This document shows positions 8,705 through 17,240 of a stretch of DNA of 23,209 bases, in pieces. This DNA is from an uncultured Clostridium sp. GTDB lineage: Bacteria > Bacillota > Clostridia > Lachnospirales > Lachnospiraceae. Where the stretch lies: NCBI GenBank assembly GCA_964437825.1, contig CAYTIH010000040.1:1-23209 (forward strand), written 5' to 3'. Below the pieces are notes generated by a model. It saw only the letters and a program-made list of their open reading frames with translations. It was not told the DNA's origin and made no database searches. Positions within the stretch are counted from its first letter, which is position 1; every line of letters starts with the position of its first letter. The position numbers and the translations under genes are program-made.

Positions 8705-9301
8705 ATGGGAGCAGGTATCTCGGCAGAAAAAAATCAGGATATGACTCAGATCATAACGCAGACAAGGCAGATTGCAACAGAGCTTTTACAGGCAGCTCAT
8801 CTGCAGCCCGGAGACATTCTGGTTGTAGGCTGTTCCTCCAGCGAAGTCGCACATCATCAGATCGGTTCGTATTCCAGTGCCGAAATCGGAGAAGCCATCT
8901 TCACAACCCTTAATGATATCGTATCAAAACAGGGGGTTGCCCTTGCAGCGCAATGCTGTGAACACCTGAACCGTGCCTTAATCATAGAAAGAGAGACAGC
9001 GCTCGCCCGCCATCTTCCCATGGTAAACGTAGTTCCGCAGCTCAAGGCGGGCGGCTCCTTTGCAACCGCGGCATATCATCATATGAAAGCTCCGGTTGCC
9101 GTAGAATTTCTGAAAGCCCAGGCGGGAATTGATATTGGGGATACGCTGATCGGTATGCATCTGGATGCCGTTGCCGTTCCGGTACGTACTTCCATCACCG
9201 AGATCGGCAGCGCCCATGTCGTATGTGCCCGGACACGGTTAAAATATATCGGCGGTGAGCGCGCAGCATATCTGCCTGGTGCGGGAAGTTTGAGTGAGTA
9301 A
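8705..9301 (+). CDS. TIGR01440/DUF436 family protein (B. subtilis YwlG-like), function unknown.
   Basis: PGDILVVGCSSSEV...GEAIF...CCEHLNRALIIERE...VVPQLKAGGSFATAAY...GMHL is conserved in the DUF436 family. The start was chosen at ATG 8705, which has an AAGGAG RBS. Confidence 0.8.
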   Translation: MGAGISAEKNQDMTQIITQTRQIATELLQAAHLQPGDILVVGCSSSEVAHHQIGSYSSAEIGEAIFTTLNDIVSKQGVALAAQCCEHLNRALIIERETALARHLPMVNVVPQLKAGGSFATAAYHHMKAPVAVEFLKAQAGIDIGDTLIGMHLDAVAVPVRTSITEIGSAHVVCARTRLKYIGGERAAYLPGAGSLSE

Positions 9302-9377
9302 TATTTTTTGGTGTTAGTCGGCATGCGGATTGGCAGACAAAATTTCGGTCTATCAGCCCGCTTGTCCCTCCAAACAA

Positions 9378-9422
9378 GAAAAGATCCGGTTCAGAAATCC
9401 ATCTGTTCCGGATCTTTTTTTC
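9378..9422. terminator. Bidirectional rho-independent terminator AAAAGATCCGG-N18-CCGGATCTTTTTTT, between DUF436 (+) and DUF1836 (-).
   Basis: A 7-bp GC-rich stem flanked by an A-tract on one side and a T-tract on the other. Confidence 0.7.
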
Positions 9423-9485
9423 GTTATCATAATGACTAATGACTGAACCGTTTCACGGCCCGGCAGCTTAAAGGCTATGCTTCTT

Positions 9486-10250
9486 TTACGCTTTTCCCGA
9501 TTCTTCTCCTGCTTTCGGCTTCTCCGCTTTTCCCGATTCTCCTCCTGCCTTGGGCTTCTCCGCTTTTCCCTGCTCTCCTCCTGCCTTCGACTTCTCCGCT
9601 TTTTCCTTACTTTTCTCCTGCTTTGCCTTGGCGGCCTTTTCCGCTTCCTTATCGGTTTCCTTCTGCGTATACGCATCAATCAGCTTCTCCACCAGCAGCT
9701 TCTTGACATATACATCATAGCTAAGCAGGCTCACAAACGAAAATATCTGCAGGAAATCCCTGTCCTTTTCCTCCTCATCCTGAAACAGTTCTCTTGACTT
9801 TTCGTATTCATGACGAATATTTTCCTTCAGTTCCTGAATATGTCCGTCTTCCATACTGAACACTTCATCGTAGATATGCTTCAGATTCAGCCTGCCATCC
9901 CCTTGAAAATATCTGGTCGCAAGCGGTCCCAGCAGGGCCTGAATATCATTGATGCTGAGAATTCCTTTAAAATAATAAATAAAGATCAGCATGATAATAT
10001 GATCTCTGGAATATTTCTTCTTTACCGGAGGCGGCAGCAAATCGTTTTTCGCATAATTGTTGATCATTGTCTTCGTCAGGATCTTATCCTCTGCCGGATT
10101 TCTGGTCGTGTTTTTCAGCCTATGATCCATAAAAGTCGTAACCTGATCCATATACAAATCAATATTGGGAATGTCCTCGGAATCGATATGTTCTACGCGG
10201 TCCAGACTATCCAATATGCTGTTTAATAAGTCTTCCGTATTTATTGTCAT
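9486..10250 (-). CDS. DUF1836 domain protein with a C-terminal Lys/Glu/Ala-rich tandem-repeat tail.
   Basis: IPNIDLYMDQVTTFMD...LTKTMINNYAKNDLLPPPVKKKYSRDHIIMLIFIYYFK is the DUF1836 signature. The C-terminal (AGGESGKAEKPK)n tail is encoded by 36-bp DNA repeats at 9486-9600. Confidence 0.75.
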   Translation of the reverse strand: MTINTEDLLNSILDSLDRVEHIDSEDIPNIDLYMDQVTTFMDHRLKNTTRNPAEDKILTKTMINNYAKNDLLPPPVKKKYSRDHIIMLIFIYYFKGILSINDIQALLGPLATRYFQGDGRLNLKHIYDEVFSMEDGHIQELKENIRHEYEKSRELFQDEEEKDRDFLQIFSFVSLLSYDVYVKKLLVEKLIDAYTQKETDKEAEKAAKAKQEKSKEKAEKSKAGGEQGKAEKPKAGGESGKAEKPKAGEESGKA

Positions 10251-10344
10251 AATAAGCACCCTGCCTCTGTATGTCATTATATAGTATTAAATACTACTTG
10301 TAAATAACCAATTCAGCAAATCCTTCAAACCCGCACGACCGATT

Positions 10345-10405
10345 CACACAGAAACTCACGCCTCCGTATCTCACAGAAATCCAACACAGAAAGCTTACAG
10401 AAATC
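10345..10405. promoter_or_regulatory. Four direct ACAGAAA(N)C repeats at 10348, 10373, 10386 and 10397, in the divergent DUF1836/yerC intergenic region.
   Basis: The heptamer CACAGAAA or TACAGAAA is read four times with spacings of 25, 13 and 11 bp, a helical-phase-like periodicity. Confidence 0.35.
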
Positions 10406-10496
10406 CAAGAACGTATTTACTTTAAAACTTTAATATGCTAAAATGTATCTATGTAAAATTTTACAGTGATAAATCGCTTGTAAATGGAGGATACGC

Positions 10497-10805
10497 ATGA
10501 ACAAAAAGATTAAAACTCCCCCGGTCGACCATCTGTTTGACGCTATTTTGGAGCTGCAAAATAAGGAAGAATGCTATAATTTTTTTGAGGATCTCTGCAC
10601 TGTTAATGAGCTTTTATCGCTATCGCAGCGTTTTGAGGTAGCAACCATGCTGAGAGCCAAAAGAACCTATCTGGATATCGCGGAGAAAACCGGAGCTTCC
10701 ACCGCAACCATCAGCCGTGTCAACCGTTCTTTAAATTACGGCAGCGACGGGTATGAACTGATTTTCAAACGTCTCGAGGATCACAAAACGGAAACTCAAA
10801 AGTGA
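10497..10805 (+). CDS. yerC: YerC/YecD-family TrpR-like DNA-binding protein.
   Basis: LFDAILELQNKEECYNFFEDLCTVNEL...ASTATISRVNRSLNYGSDGYELIF is a near-consensus YerC/YecD sequence. A GGAGGA RBS is present. Confidence 0.9.
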   Translation: MNKKIKTPPVDHLFDAILELQNKEECYNFFEDLCTVNELLSLSQRFEVATMLRAKRTYLDIAEKTGASTATISRVNRSLNYGSDGYELIFKRLEDHKTETQK

Positions 10806-10843
10806 ACCCAAAAGTAAAAAGAAGACTTTGCTGTGCCAAAGGC

Positions 10844-11209
10844 TCATTCCGCATAAAAGCTTTTTCCAATCAGTGTTCTCAATTTTTGTATATCTTCTAA
10901 ATTAAATGAACCAAACTCCTGATAACAAACGGTTTCACTTGTTCTGTTTAATTGTTCATAGAAATCTGTGACAAACAGATTAAATTTATCCAGGATGCCT
11001 TCCATGGGGACCTGCGTAAGGTTGCCCGGAGAAGCAGCTTCCTCGCCGGACCGCTCCGGCTCCATTTCAAACGAAAGAGAAGTAACGTAAACGTCTAAAT
11101 ACCCGTTGCCCAATGCGGATCTGATTTTGGTTTTATAAATCCCATCCTCAATTTCCTGATAGTCAGCTTTCCCATATTTTTCCGGTTTGTAATTTTGAAA
11201 ATTCTTCAT
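10844..11209 (-). CDS. Hypothetical 121-aa cytoplasmic protein encoded 15 bp after the LRR gene. No recognisable family.
   Basis: GGGAG RBS. Acidic, with no TM or signal peptide. A weak terminator hairpin (CTTTG-N6-CAAAG followed by a U-run) lies downstream at 10806-10843. Confidence 0.5.
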   Translation of the reverse strand: MKNFQNYKPEKYGKADYQEIEDGIYKTKIRSALGNGYLDVYVTSLSFEMEPERSGEEAASPGNLTQVPMEGILDKFNLFVTDFYEQLNRTSETVCYQEFGSFNLEDIQKLRTLIGKSFYAE

Positions 11210-11224
11210 ATCTCGTCTCCCTGC

Positions 11225-11893
11225 CTAAATTTGCACAAATGCAATTCCGTTTTCTCTCGCATATTCCTCTGCCTTGGAGCCGGACTTTCCCTTGATTTGA
11301 AAGCCCGAAACGGTTTGATACCCTTTGATGCGAAACGCTGATTTTTCAGGTGAAGTATATTCCCTGATTTCCATAATTCCTACTGCTTTCGTGCCAAATT
11401 CCGTAACACTTTCCGGTATCGCCAATTCTTTCAGGGATGTGCAATGGAAAAATGCATAGTCCCCGATGCTCATAACACCATGCTCCATTACCGCCTCTTT
11501 TAAATTGATACAATCGCCAAAGGCTTCCGTCAAATCTTTGACTGAGCCGGGGATATAGGCATACTCCAAAGCCTCCTCTAATTGTTCACATCCATGAAAT
11601 GCCGTTCCAATCGAGGTTACGCCCTCCGGTACAACTACGCTTTTTAATTCTGTGAAACCATCAAAGGTACTCTCCAACGAAATAACCCTTTCCCCCTTAA
11701 TTTCAGAGGGGATGACAAGATGTACTTCATTTCCGTTATAACGCAGGATTTCTACGCCGCTCTCCAGGTTTGTGCAAGTCCATAAACCATCCTCGCTTTC
11801 AAAGGTCTGAACGCCATCCTCATACTTTGGAAAATATTCATAGCTTTCCCCGGTTCCATATCGTCCTCGTTCCTCACTCCAGTAAGCTGTCAC
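11225..11893 (-). CDS. BspA-type leucine-rich-repeat (LRR_5) protein, 222 aa. It has a GTG start and no signal peptide.
   Basis: Repeats of the form IP.SV..IG..AF..C..L follow the LRR_5 pattern (VVPEGVTSIGTAFHGCEQLE; IPGSVKDLTEAFGDCINLKE; MEHGVMSIGDYAFFHCTSLKE; IPESVTEFGTKAV). A GGAGG RBS lies 6 nt before the GTG. Confidence 0.7.
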   Translation of the reverse strand: MTAYWSEERGRYGTGESYEYFPKYEDGVQTFESEDGLWTCTNLESGVEILRYNGNEVHLVIPSEIKGERVISLESTFDGFTELKSVVVPEGVTSIGTAFHGCEQLEEALEYAYIPGSVKDLTEAFGDCINLKEAVMEHGVMSIGDYAFFHCTSLKELAIPESVTEFGTKAVGIMEIREYTSPEKSAFRIKGYQTVSGFQIKGKSGSKAEEYARENGIAFVQI

Positions 11894-12021
11894 AAGATAC
11901 CTCCATTACAAAAAAAACCTGTTTTTCACTCCTCGTTGTTAGAAACAAGTCCTCCGCCTTACGGCGAAGGACTGTACTTTCAACCCAACCATTATCTAAT
12001 TCTTTTTCCGTGTTCCCCGCG

Positions 12022-12738
12022 CTAACCGTATATTTCCATGATACCCATAGGATCTATATAAGTTCCGTCCTGTATGATTTGATAGATTATCGTGCGCTCC
12101 GATTTTGTAATCGGAAACAGAATATCACCCTTACGTATTTCGGCGCCTTCTACCACCTTGGGATTTTCCCGTACATGGTATGTAGAAATATAACCGTTTC
12201 CATGGTCAATTTCAATACGATATCCCCATTCCGGGTCTTCTGCGGATAAAATCACCGTTCCGCTTCCTGCCGCCACCACCTCGGCGCCAAGATCGGCGGT
12301 AAATTCAATATAAGGCTGTCCTTCCTCCGTTGTTTCTTCCGTATAGAGTACCGTACCATTGACAGGAATTCCGGCAGGCTCATATAACTCGGCCTCCTGC
12401 GCCATCCTGCTTTCTTCTTCCTCCACCTTACGATTCACCGTAGCGCTGAGGATTGTATTCTTCTCCGTCAATTCTTCTATCTGCTGCTCTAATTCGGATG
12501 TGTAGCTTTCCGCCTCCGACAAACTGGTACTGACCGTCTGCACAGTTTGATTCCGGTCAGAAAACAACACCGTCATGAAAACTGCCCAAACAAGTAATGC
12601 TGTAAGTAACAATCCGCCTGCTGCCAATCCAAGCTTAATCTGCTTTTTCGTCACTGTAAATTCTTTTACCGTGTCTTCTGTTTCATGGGATAGAATACTG
12701 ACCTTATAGCCGGTCAATTTCTTTTCCTGTTCTGCCAT
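12022..12738 (-). CDS. Membrane-anchored M23 (LytM-domain) metallopeptidase with a coiled-coil region.
   Basis: N-terminal TM segment LGLAAGGLLLTALLVWAVFMTV. Coiled coil. The C-terminal LytM core has IEIDHGNGYISTYHV, matching the M23 H..D / HxH architecture. Confidence 0.75.
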   Translation of the reverse strand: MAEQEKKLTGYKVSILSHETEDTVKEFTVTKKQIKLGLAAGGLLLTALLVWAVFMTVLFSDRNQTVQTVSTSLSEAESYTSELEQQIEELTEKNTILSATVNRKVEEEESRMAQEAELYEPAGIPVNGTVLYTEETTEEGQPYIEFTADLGAEVVAAGSGTVILSAEDPEWGYRIEIDHGNGYISTYHVRENPKVVEGAEIRKGDILFPITKSERTIIYQIIQDGTYIDPMGIMEIYG

Positions 12739-12900
12739 TTTGGCTCACCTCCTGGTAAAATATGGAATTTATTTTACCATAGATGTTCCAAAGTTACAAA
12801 TCCTACACTTCAAACTTCATATTGCCCGGCTTGATCCGCTTCTTTTTACACATAAACTCCGAAATTCCAAAGGACAGTACGGCAGGCAGCACAAAATGCA

Positions 12901-13035
12901 TCAAAGCAATCTCAAGCAGCGCAAGCGTGACTGTGTTGTTTCTACAATTAAAAAAGCAAGCTCGGTTCCAGTCAATGGCTCCCTGCTGCTTTTCAATAAT
13001 TCTTCCAGCTTCGTTCTTCTGTTATCAACATCCAT
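12901..13035 (-). CDS. Candidate 44-aa small ORF (MDVDNRRTKLEELLKSSREPLTGTELAFLIVETTQSRLRCLRLL) with a perfect RBS. It may be the N-terminal HTH fragment of a lost regulator.
   Basis: GTCAGGAGGTTATCGAATG places AGGAGG 7 nt from the ATG. The ORF is below the ORF-track size cutoff and sits 160 bp upstream of the M23 peptidase on the same strand. Confidence 0.25.
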   Translation of the reverse strand: MDVDNRRTKLEELLKSSREPLTGTELAFLIVETTQSRLRCLRLL

Positions 13036-13245
13036 TCGATAACCTCCTGACAACCTCATTCTATCAGAAAATTCGGATATGAAAAGTATTTTCTCAAAAT
13101 TGCTTTTGATTTGGTCATAAAACTTGTATGAAAAATACTGAAAATTTTACATGAATTTCCTTTACTTTTCCAAATTCTAGTGCTATGCTGTAGATGTTGC
13201 GAAGAGCAACTTACTAACTCATTATTTTTTTTGGAGGTATCTACA

Positions 13246-13446
13246 ATGAACAAAGGTACAGTTAAGTGGTTTAACAACCAGAAGGGTTACGGATTCATCT
13301 CTGACGAGCAGGGAAATGATGTATTCGTACACTACACAGGGCTCAACATGGAAGGTTTCAAGTCTCTTGAGGAAGGCGCTTCTGTTGAATATGATGTAGT
13401 AAATGGTGAAAAAGGACCTCAGGCAGTAAACGTTACTAAGTTATAA
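13246..13446 (+). CDS. cspA: Cold-shock protein, CspA family.
   Basis: [18 protein letters not shown]...DVFVHYTG carries the RNP1 and RNP2 motifs. GGAGG RBS. A long AT-rich 5'UTR is present. Confidence 0.95.
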   Translation: MNKGTVKWFNNQKGYGFISDEQGNDVFVHYTGLNMEGFKSLEEGASVEYDVVNGEKGPQAVNVTKL

Positions 13447-13590
13447 GAACCACTTATAACCAGACATTTTAATCTCAGTTTTCGATGTGCCTGTTCTTAA
13501 TGTTCTTTAGATAGATTATTTGGAATTAGCAATATTTTTAAACGGATTAAATGACCCGCATGGGTAATACGTTAGGCTTACTGAAACAAG

Positions 13591-13636
13591 AAAAAGGAGC
13601 CGTCGCACTAAGTAATCAGTGTGACGGCTCCTTTTT
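13591..13636. terminator. Bidirectional rho-independent terminator between convergent csp and hisA-like genes.
   Basis: GGAGCCGTCGCAC-N10-GTGTGACGGCTCC forms a 13-bp stem with one G·U pair. It is flanked by AAAAA and TTTTT. Confidence 0.75.
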
Positions 13637-14436
13637 CATTTACTTTCACTTCTTCGGTTCATTCTGTTAATATACTGCATCACCTTTGTCAATTCCATGC
13701 TGCCGCCATACAAATCCAGTGCGCTTCCGATGCTCACATGAATCTGATTATCCCCAAGACGGTTTAACAGTTCAAGGTCATCAAAGCTGTGAACACCGCC
13801 CGCGTAAGTAACCGGAATCCGGTTCCAGCTTCCAAGAAGCCTGACCAGTTCCTCCTCAATTCCGCCGCTTTTTCCTTCCACATCCACGGCATGAATCAAA
13901 AACTCACCGGCATAATCCATAAGGAAATCGAGATTCTCTGCCGCAATCGTCATGTCCGTAAATTTCTGCCACCTGTCCGTAACAATATAATAGCTTTCGC
14001 CCTTTTTGCGGCAGCTCAGGTCTAATACCACATGCTCTTTTCCTACTGCCGACACCAGCCTTTCCAGATTTTCCAGGCACAGCTGCCCGTCCCGGAACAC
14101 ATAGGATGTCACGATCACCTTGTCTGCTCCGGCTTTTAAATATTCCTCCGCATTTTCCGCAGTTACGCCGCCGCCGATCTGCATATGTCCCGGATACGTC
14201 CCAAGCGCCAAAAGCGCCTGCCGGCGCGTTGCCTCATAATAAGGACTATCCTTCCCGTTGAGCAGAATGATATGTGCTCCTTCAATTCCGTATTCCCTAT
14301 AAATTCCGGCAAAATAATCAGCCCCATGATCTGCTACGAAATTCTCCTCTGCCTGATCTCCCAGATCCCTGAGGCTGCTGCCGACAATCTGCTTTACTTT
14401 TCCGTTATGAATATCTATACAGGGTCTAAACTGCAT
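13636..14436 (-). CDS. hisA: Phosphoribosylformimino-5-aminoimidazole carboxamide ribotide isomerase, eukaryotic His6-type HisA. It is an orphan: no other his genes are nearby.
   Basis: MQFRPCIDIHNGKVKQIVG...VVLDLSCRKK...WQKFTDM...EFLIHAVDVEGKSGGIEEELV...YAGG aligns along the full length with yeast His6 ([21 protein letters not shown]...DLSCRK...EFLIHAADVEG). Confidence 0.7.
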   Translation of the reverse strand: MQFRPCIDIHNGKVKQIVGSSLRDLGDQAEENFVADHGADYFAGIYREYGIEGAHIILLNGKDSPYYEATRRQALLALGTYPGHMQIGGGVTAENAEEYLKAGADKVIVTSYVFRDGQLCLENLERLVSAVGKEHVVLDLSCRKKGESYYIVTDRWQKFTDMTIAAENLDFLMDYAGEFLIHAVDVEGKSGGIEEELVRLLGSWNRIPVTYAGGVHSFDDLELLNRLGDNQIHVSIGSALDLYGGSMELTKVMQYINRMNRRSESK

Positions 14437-14724
14437 GAAATCTCTCCCTTACATATGCTGCACTGATCACTTTCCCAACAGTAGTCAGATATCCTATTTT
14501 TCGAAAAAATTTCAATCAAATTAAATAATTTAGGAAAACGCTGATGAAAGCGTTTCCCGCAAGCCAACTTGTTGGCTTGGGAATTATACGCCACGAAGCG
14601 GCAATTTCCACTGTAAATCCGTGCGCATCTGTCGGAAGCGCTATAGAATAATTTTATAAAAACTGTTCACAATAATCAAGTACAAAGGATGATAAATCCA
14701 AAATCAAAATCGGAGGGAAAAAAT

Positions 14725-15138
14725 ATGAAAAAGACAAAAAAATGGTTACCTGCCATGCTCTGTGTTCTCATGCTCTCCATGATGACCGCATGTGGCAAGG
14801 ACAATAATTCAATGGATGAAAATGACATGACAGAAAATACAACGGATAATAACGGAATCGAAAATAACGATAATGTAAATGATGTCACAAACGGTAACGA
14901 CAATAACGCAGCCGACAACAACACTAACGGCAATAACACCACCAATAACAATAATGATAATGGTTCTGATGCCGACAATGTTGTGGATGACCTGACCGAC
15001 GGCGTCGACGATGTTACAAACGGTATCGCAGACGGTATCGATGATGTTACTGACGGTATTGACGATGCAGTTACGGACGGTACCAATAACGTAAATACAA
15101 CAAACAATAATGTAGGAAACACTACAGCAAATCCGTAA
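14725..15138 (+). CDS. Lipoprotein with an Asn/Asp/Thr-rich low-complexity body and (DG-x-DDVT) repeats.
   Basis: MKKTKKWLPAMLCVLMLSMMTAC has lipobox MTAC. A GGAGGG RBS lies 7 nt before the ATG. The overlapping minus-strand ORF is low-complexity antisense. Confidence 0.65.
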   Translation: MKKTKKWLPAMLCVLMLSMMTACGKDNNSMDENDMTENTTDNNGIENNDNVNDVTNGNDNNAADNNTNGNNTTNNNNDNGSDADNVVDDLTDGVDDVTNGIADGIDDVTDGIDDAVTDGTNNVNTTNNNVGNTTANP

Positions 15139-15149
15139 TCCGTAAGCTT

Positions 15150-15225
15150 GCCGGAGTCTCCCGCAGGATGGATTCCTGCACTGAAAATACGGTGCAGGCA
15201 GTCACAATCCCGGGCAGACTCCGGC
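15150..15225. other. Compound stem-loop with a 10-bp outer stem enclosing two inner hairpins, between convergent lipoprotein and fbp genes. It may be a terminator or a small structured element.
   Basis: GCCGGAGTCT(15150-15159) pairs with AGACTCCGGC(15216-15225). Inside, CCTGCAC pairs with GTGCAGG and CCCG with CGGG. No U-tract is present. Confidence 0.45.
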
Positions 15226-15231
15226 ATTCTG

Positions 15232-17196
15232 CTACATATCCTTTTCGATAATCAGACCCTCTCTATATGCCTGGAGCAATTCTTCCAGCTGTCTGATACT
15301 TTCTTTTAGCTGCGTACCGATATCCGTATCAGCTACCCGCATTCGATGCGGATAAGACTCTACGATAATGGAATCCGAAAAAATATCGGACTCATTCTTG
15401 ATTGCCGCTTCCGTGGATTCAAAGGTCTCATGAGCAACCAGACGCATTCCGTAGGAGTTGGCTACCAGCGTATATCCCGCAATTCCGGTTTTGCCCTGAT
15501 ATGCTTTCGAAAAGCCGCCGTCAATAATCAACAGCTTTCCGTTGCAGCGGATCGGTGTCTCTCCCTTTTTAAGCTCCACAGGTACATGACCGTTGATGAT
15601 ATGGGACTTTGCCGTACTCAGACCAAACTCCTCCAGAATACGGTTTAGGATATCCTCCCTGTCATTCAGCCTGTAATAGCTGTTCTTGGTCTCTACATGC
15701 GCCGCTTTGTCATTGACAAAATACCGCTCAAAGGTTGTCATTTTATCCTTGCCGAATACGGGAGAGTTCGGTCCGGACCAGATATACCAGATAATATCCT
15801 GCCCCTTCTTTTTTTCCGACAAGTCCTGCTTGGAATAATAGGCCTTTCTGGCATAGCTGTCCAGGACATCATATAATGCTTTTCCCGAATATTTTTTTCC
15901 AAACACATTGACATGATTGAAATTACCTTCTTCGTCCATGGGAACGCATCCATGATACAAAAGATTCGAGTTATGAATTTTATATAATCCGCCCTTCGCG
16001 AACATGAAACGGACATGGGACTGCAGCTTATCGCTGCGCTCAAAGGCCTGTCTGAGCCTGTCCATAACCTCCGCTTCCTCCTGTGTGAGCTCATAAGGAC
16101 GCTCGGGATCGACCGTGGGAAAATCGGTATCATTCATATCGTAGACCGTGTCTCCCACCGTAACGGTCTTTTTCTCATAATCGATCCGATGAAGAAGCAT
16201 CCGATCTTCCATTTCAAATTCCGGACGGCGCATAATAATCTGTCCCTCCAGCTTGAACTGCATAATGGCGATCGCTTTATGCATTTTCATATCCAGGCTT
16301 AAATCCTTAGTATTGTAATCCGTATTATATTTAATAGCAAAAGAATTGCAGTTCACATTGGAATAATGCTCCAGCGCAAAGGTCGCAAGCGGAATCAGAT
16401 TAATCCCGTATCCTTCCTCCAGCGTATCAAGATTTCCGTATCTTGCGGACATTCTGACTACATTTGCAATACATGCAAGACTTCCTGCTGCCGCTCCCAT
16501 CCATACAATATCATGATTGCCCCATTGAATATCCACACTGTGATAATGACGCAGTGTATCCAGAATGATATGCGGTCCCGGCCCTCTGTCAAAAATGTCC
16601 CCGACAATGTGCAGATGATCGATAACCAGACGCTGCACCAGATTGCACAGAGCAATGATAAAGTCAGGCGCACTGCCGATTCTGATAATAGTATGGATAA
16701 TTTCGTTATAATAGGCTTCCTTATCCTGGATTTCCTCTTTTTCGGTAATCAGTTCTTCAATGATATAGGCAAAATCCCCTGGAAGCGCTTTTCTGACCTT
16801 GGATCTGGTATATTTGGATGCCACACGCTTCGTGATCTGTACCAGTCTGTGCAGAGTGATTTTGTACCAGTCCTCTATATTATCTTCTTCCTGTAATACA
16901 ATCTCCAGCTTTTCCTTCGGATAATAAATCAGCGTTGCAAGGCTCTTTTTATCCCGTTCGCTTAAGGTATTGCCAAATTCCTCATCGATTTTCTTTTTGA
17001 CAGAACCGGATCCGTTTTTCAGTACATGATTAAACTGCTCATATTCTCCATGAATATCCGTAAGAAAATGCTCCGTACTCTTGGGCAGATTCAATATTGC
17101 CTGTAAATTAATAATCTCCGTTGATGCTGCCGCAATCGTCGGGTACTGCTTTGCCAGACTGCGCAGAAATTTCAGTTCGTTTGCATCCATTCCCAT
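15232..17196 (-). CDS. fbp: Fructose-1,6-bisphosphatase class III.
   Basis: 654 aa. The N-terminus [37 protein letters not shown] and the metallophosphatase core [11 protein letters not shown] are typical of Firmicutes class III FBPase. Confidence 0.95.
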   Translation of the reverse strand: MGMDANELKFLRSLAKQYPTIAAASTEIINLQAILNLPKSTEHFLTDIHGEYEQFNHVLKNGSGSVKKKIDEEFGNTLSERDKKSLATLIYYPKEKLEIVLQEEDNIEDWYKITLHRLVQITKRVASKYTRSKVRKALPGDFAYIIEELITEKEEIQDKEAYYNEIIHTIIRIGSAPDFIIALCNLVQRLVIDHLHIVGDIFDRGPGPHIILDTLRHYHSVDIQWGNHDIVWMGAAAGSLACIANVVRMSARYGNLDTLEEGYGINLIPLATFALEHYSNVNCNSFAIKYNTDYNTKDLSLDMKMHKAIAIMQFKLEGQIIMRRPEFEMEDRMLLHRIDYEKKTVTVGDTVYDMNDTDFPTVDPERPYELTQEEAEVMDRLRQAFERSDKLQSHVRFMFAKGGLYKIHNSNLLYHGCVPMDEEGNFNHVNVFGKKYSGKALYDVLDSYARKAYYSKQDLSEKKKGQDIIWYIWSGPNSPVFGKDKMTTFERYFVNDKAAHVETKNSYYRLNDREDILNRILEEFGLSTAKSHIINGHVPVELKKGETPIRCNGKLLIIDGGFSKAYQGKTGIAGYTLVANSYGMRLVAHETFESTEAAIKNESDIFSDSIIVESYPHRMRVADTDIGTQLKESIRQLEELLQAYREGLIIEKDM

Positions 17197-17240
17197 TCTC
17201 CCTGTTAAGAATCTTTTCTGTGAAACAATCGCATTTTCCT

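Noticed and set aside
12740-13277. Plus-strand ORFs 12740-13042 and 12783-13082, and minus-strand ORF 13056-13277
   Set aside because: They overlap one another in different frames within the divergent promoter and csp 5'UTR region. The only well-signalled ORF there is the 44-aa minus-strand one.
14437-14690. T-box leader upstream of hisA
   Set aside because: The region is only about 200 nt, and no T-box consensus (AATTAGGGTGGNACCGCG) is visible. It is kept as an unclassified structured leader.
14676-15227. 183-aa minus-strand ORF
   Set aside because: It is antisense to the lipoprotein gene, which has a signal peptide, lipobox and RBS. Its translation is low-complexity S/P/V/T.
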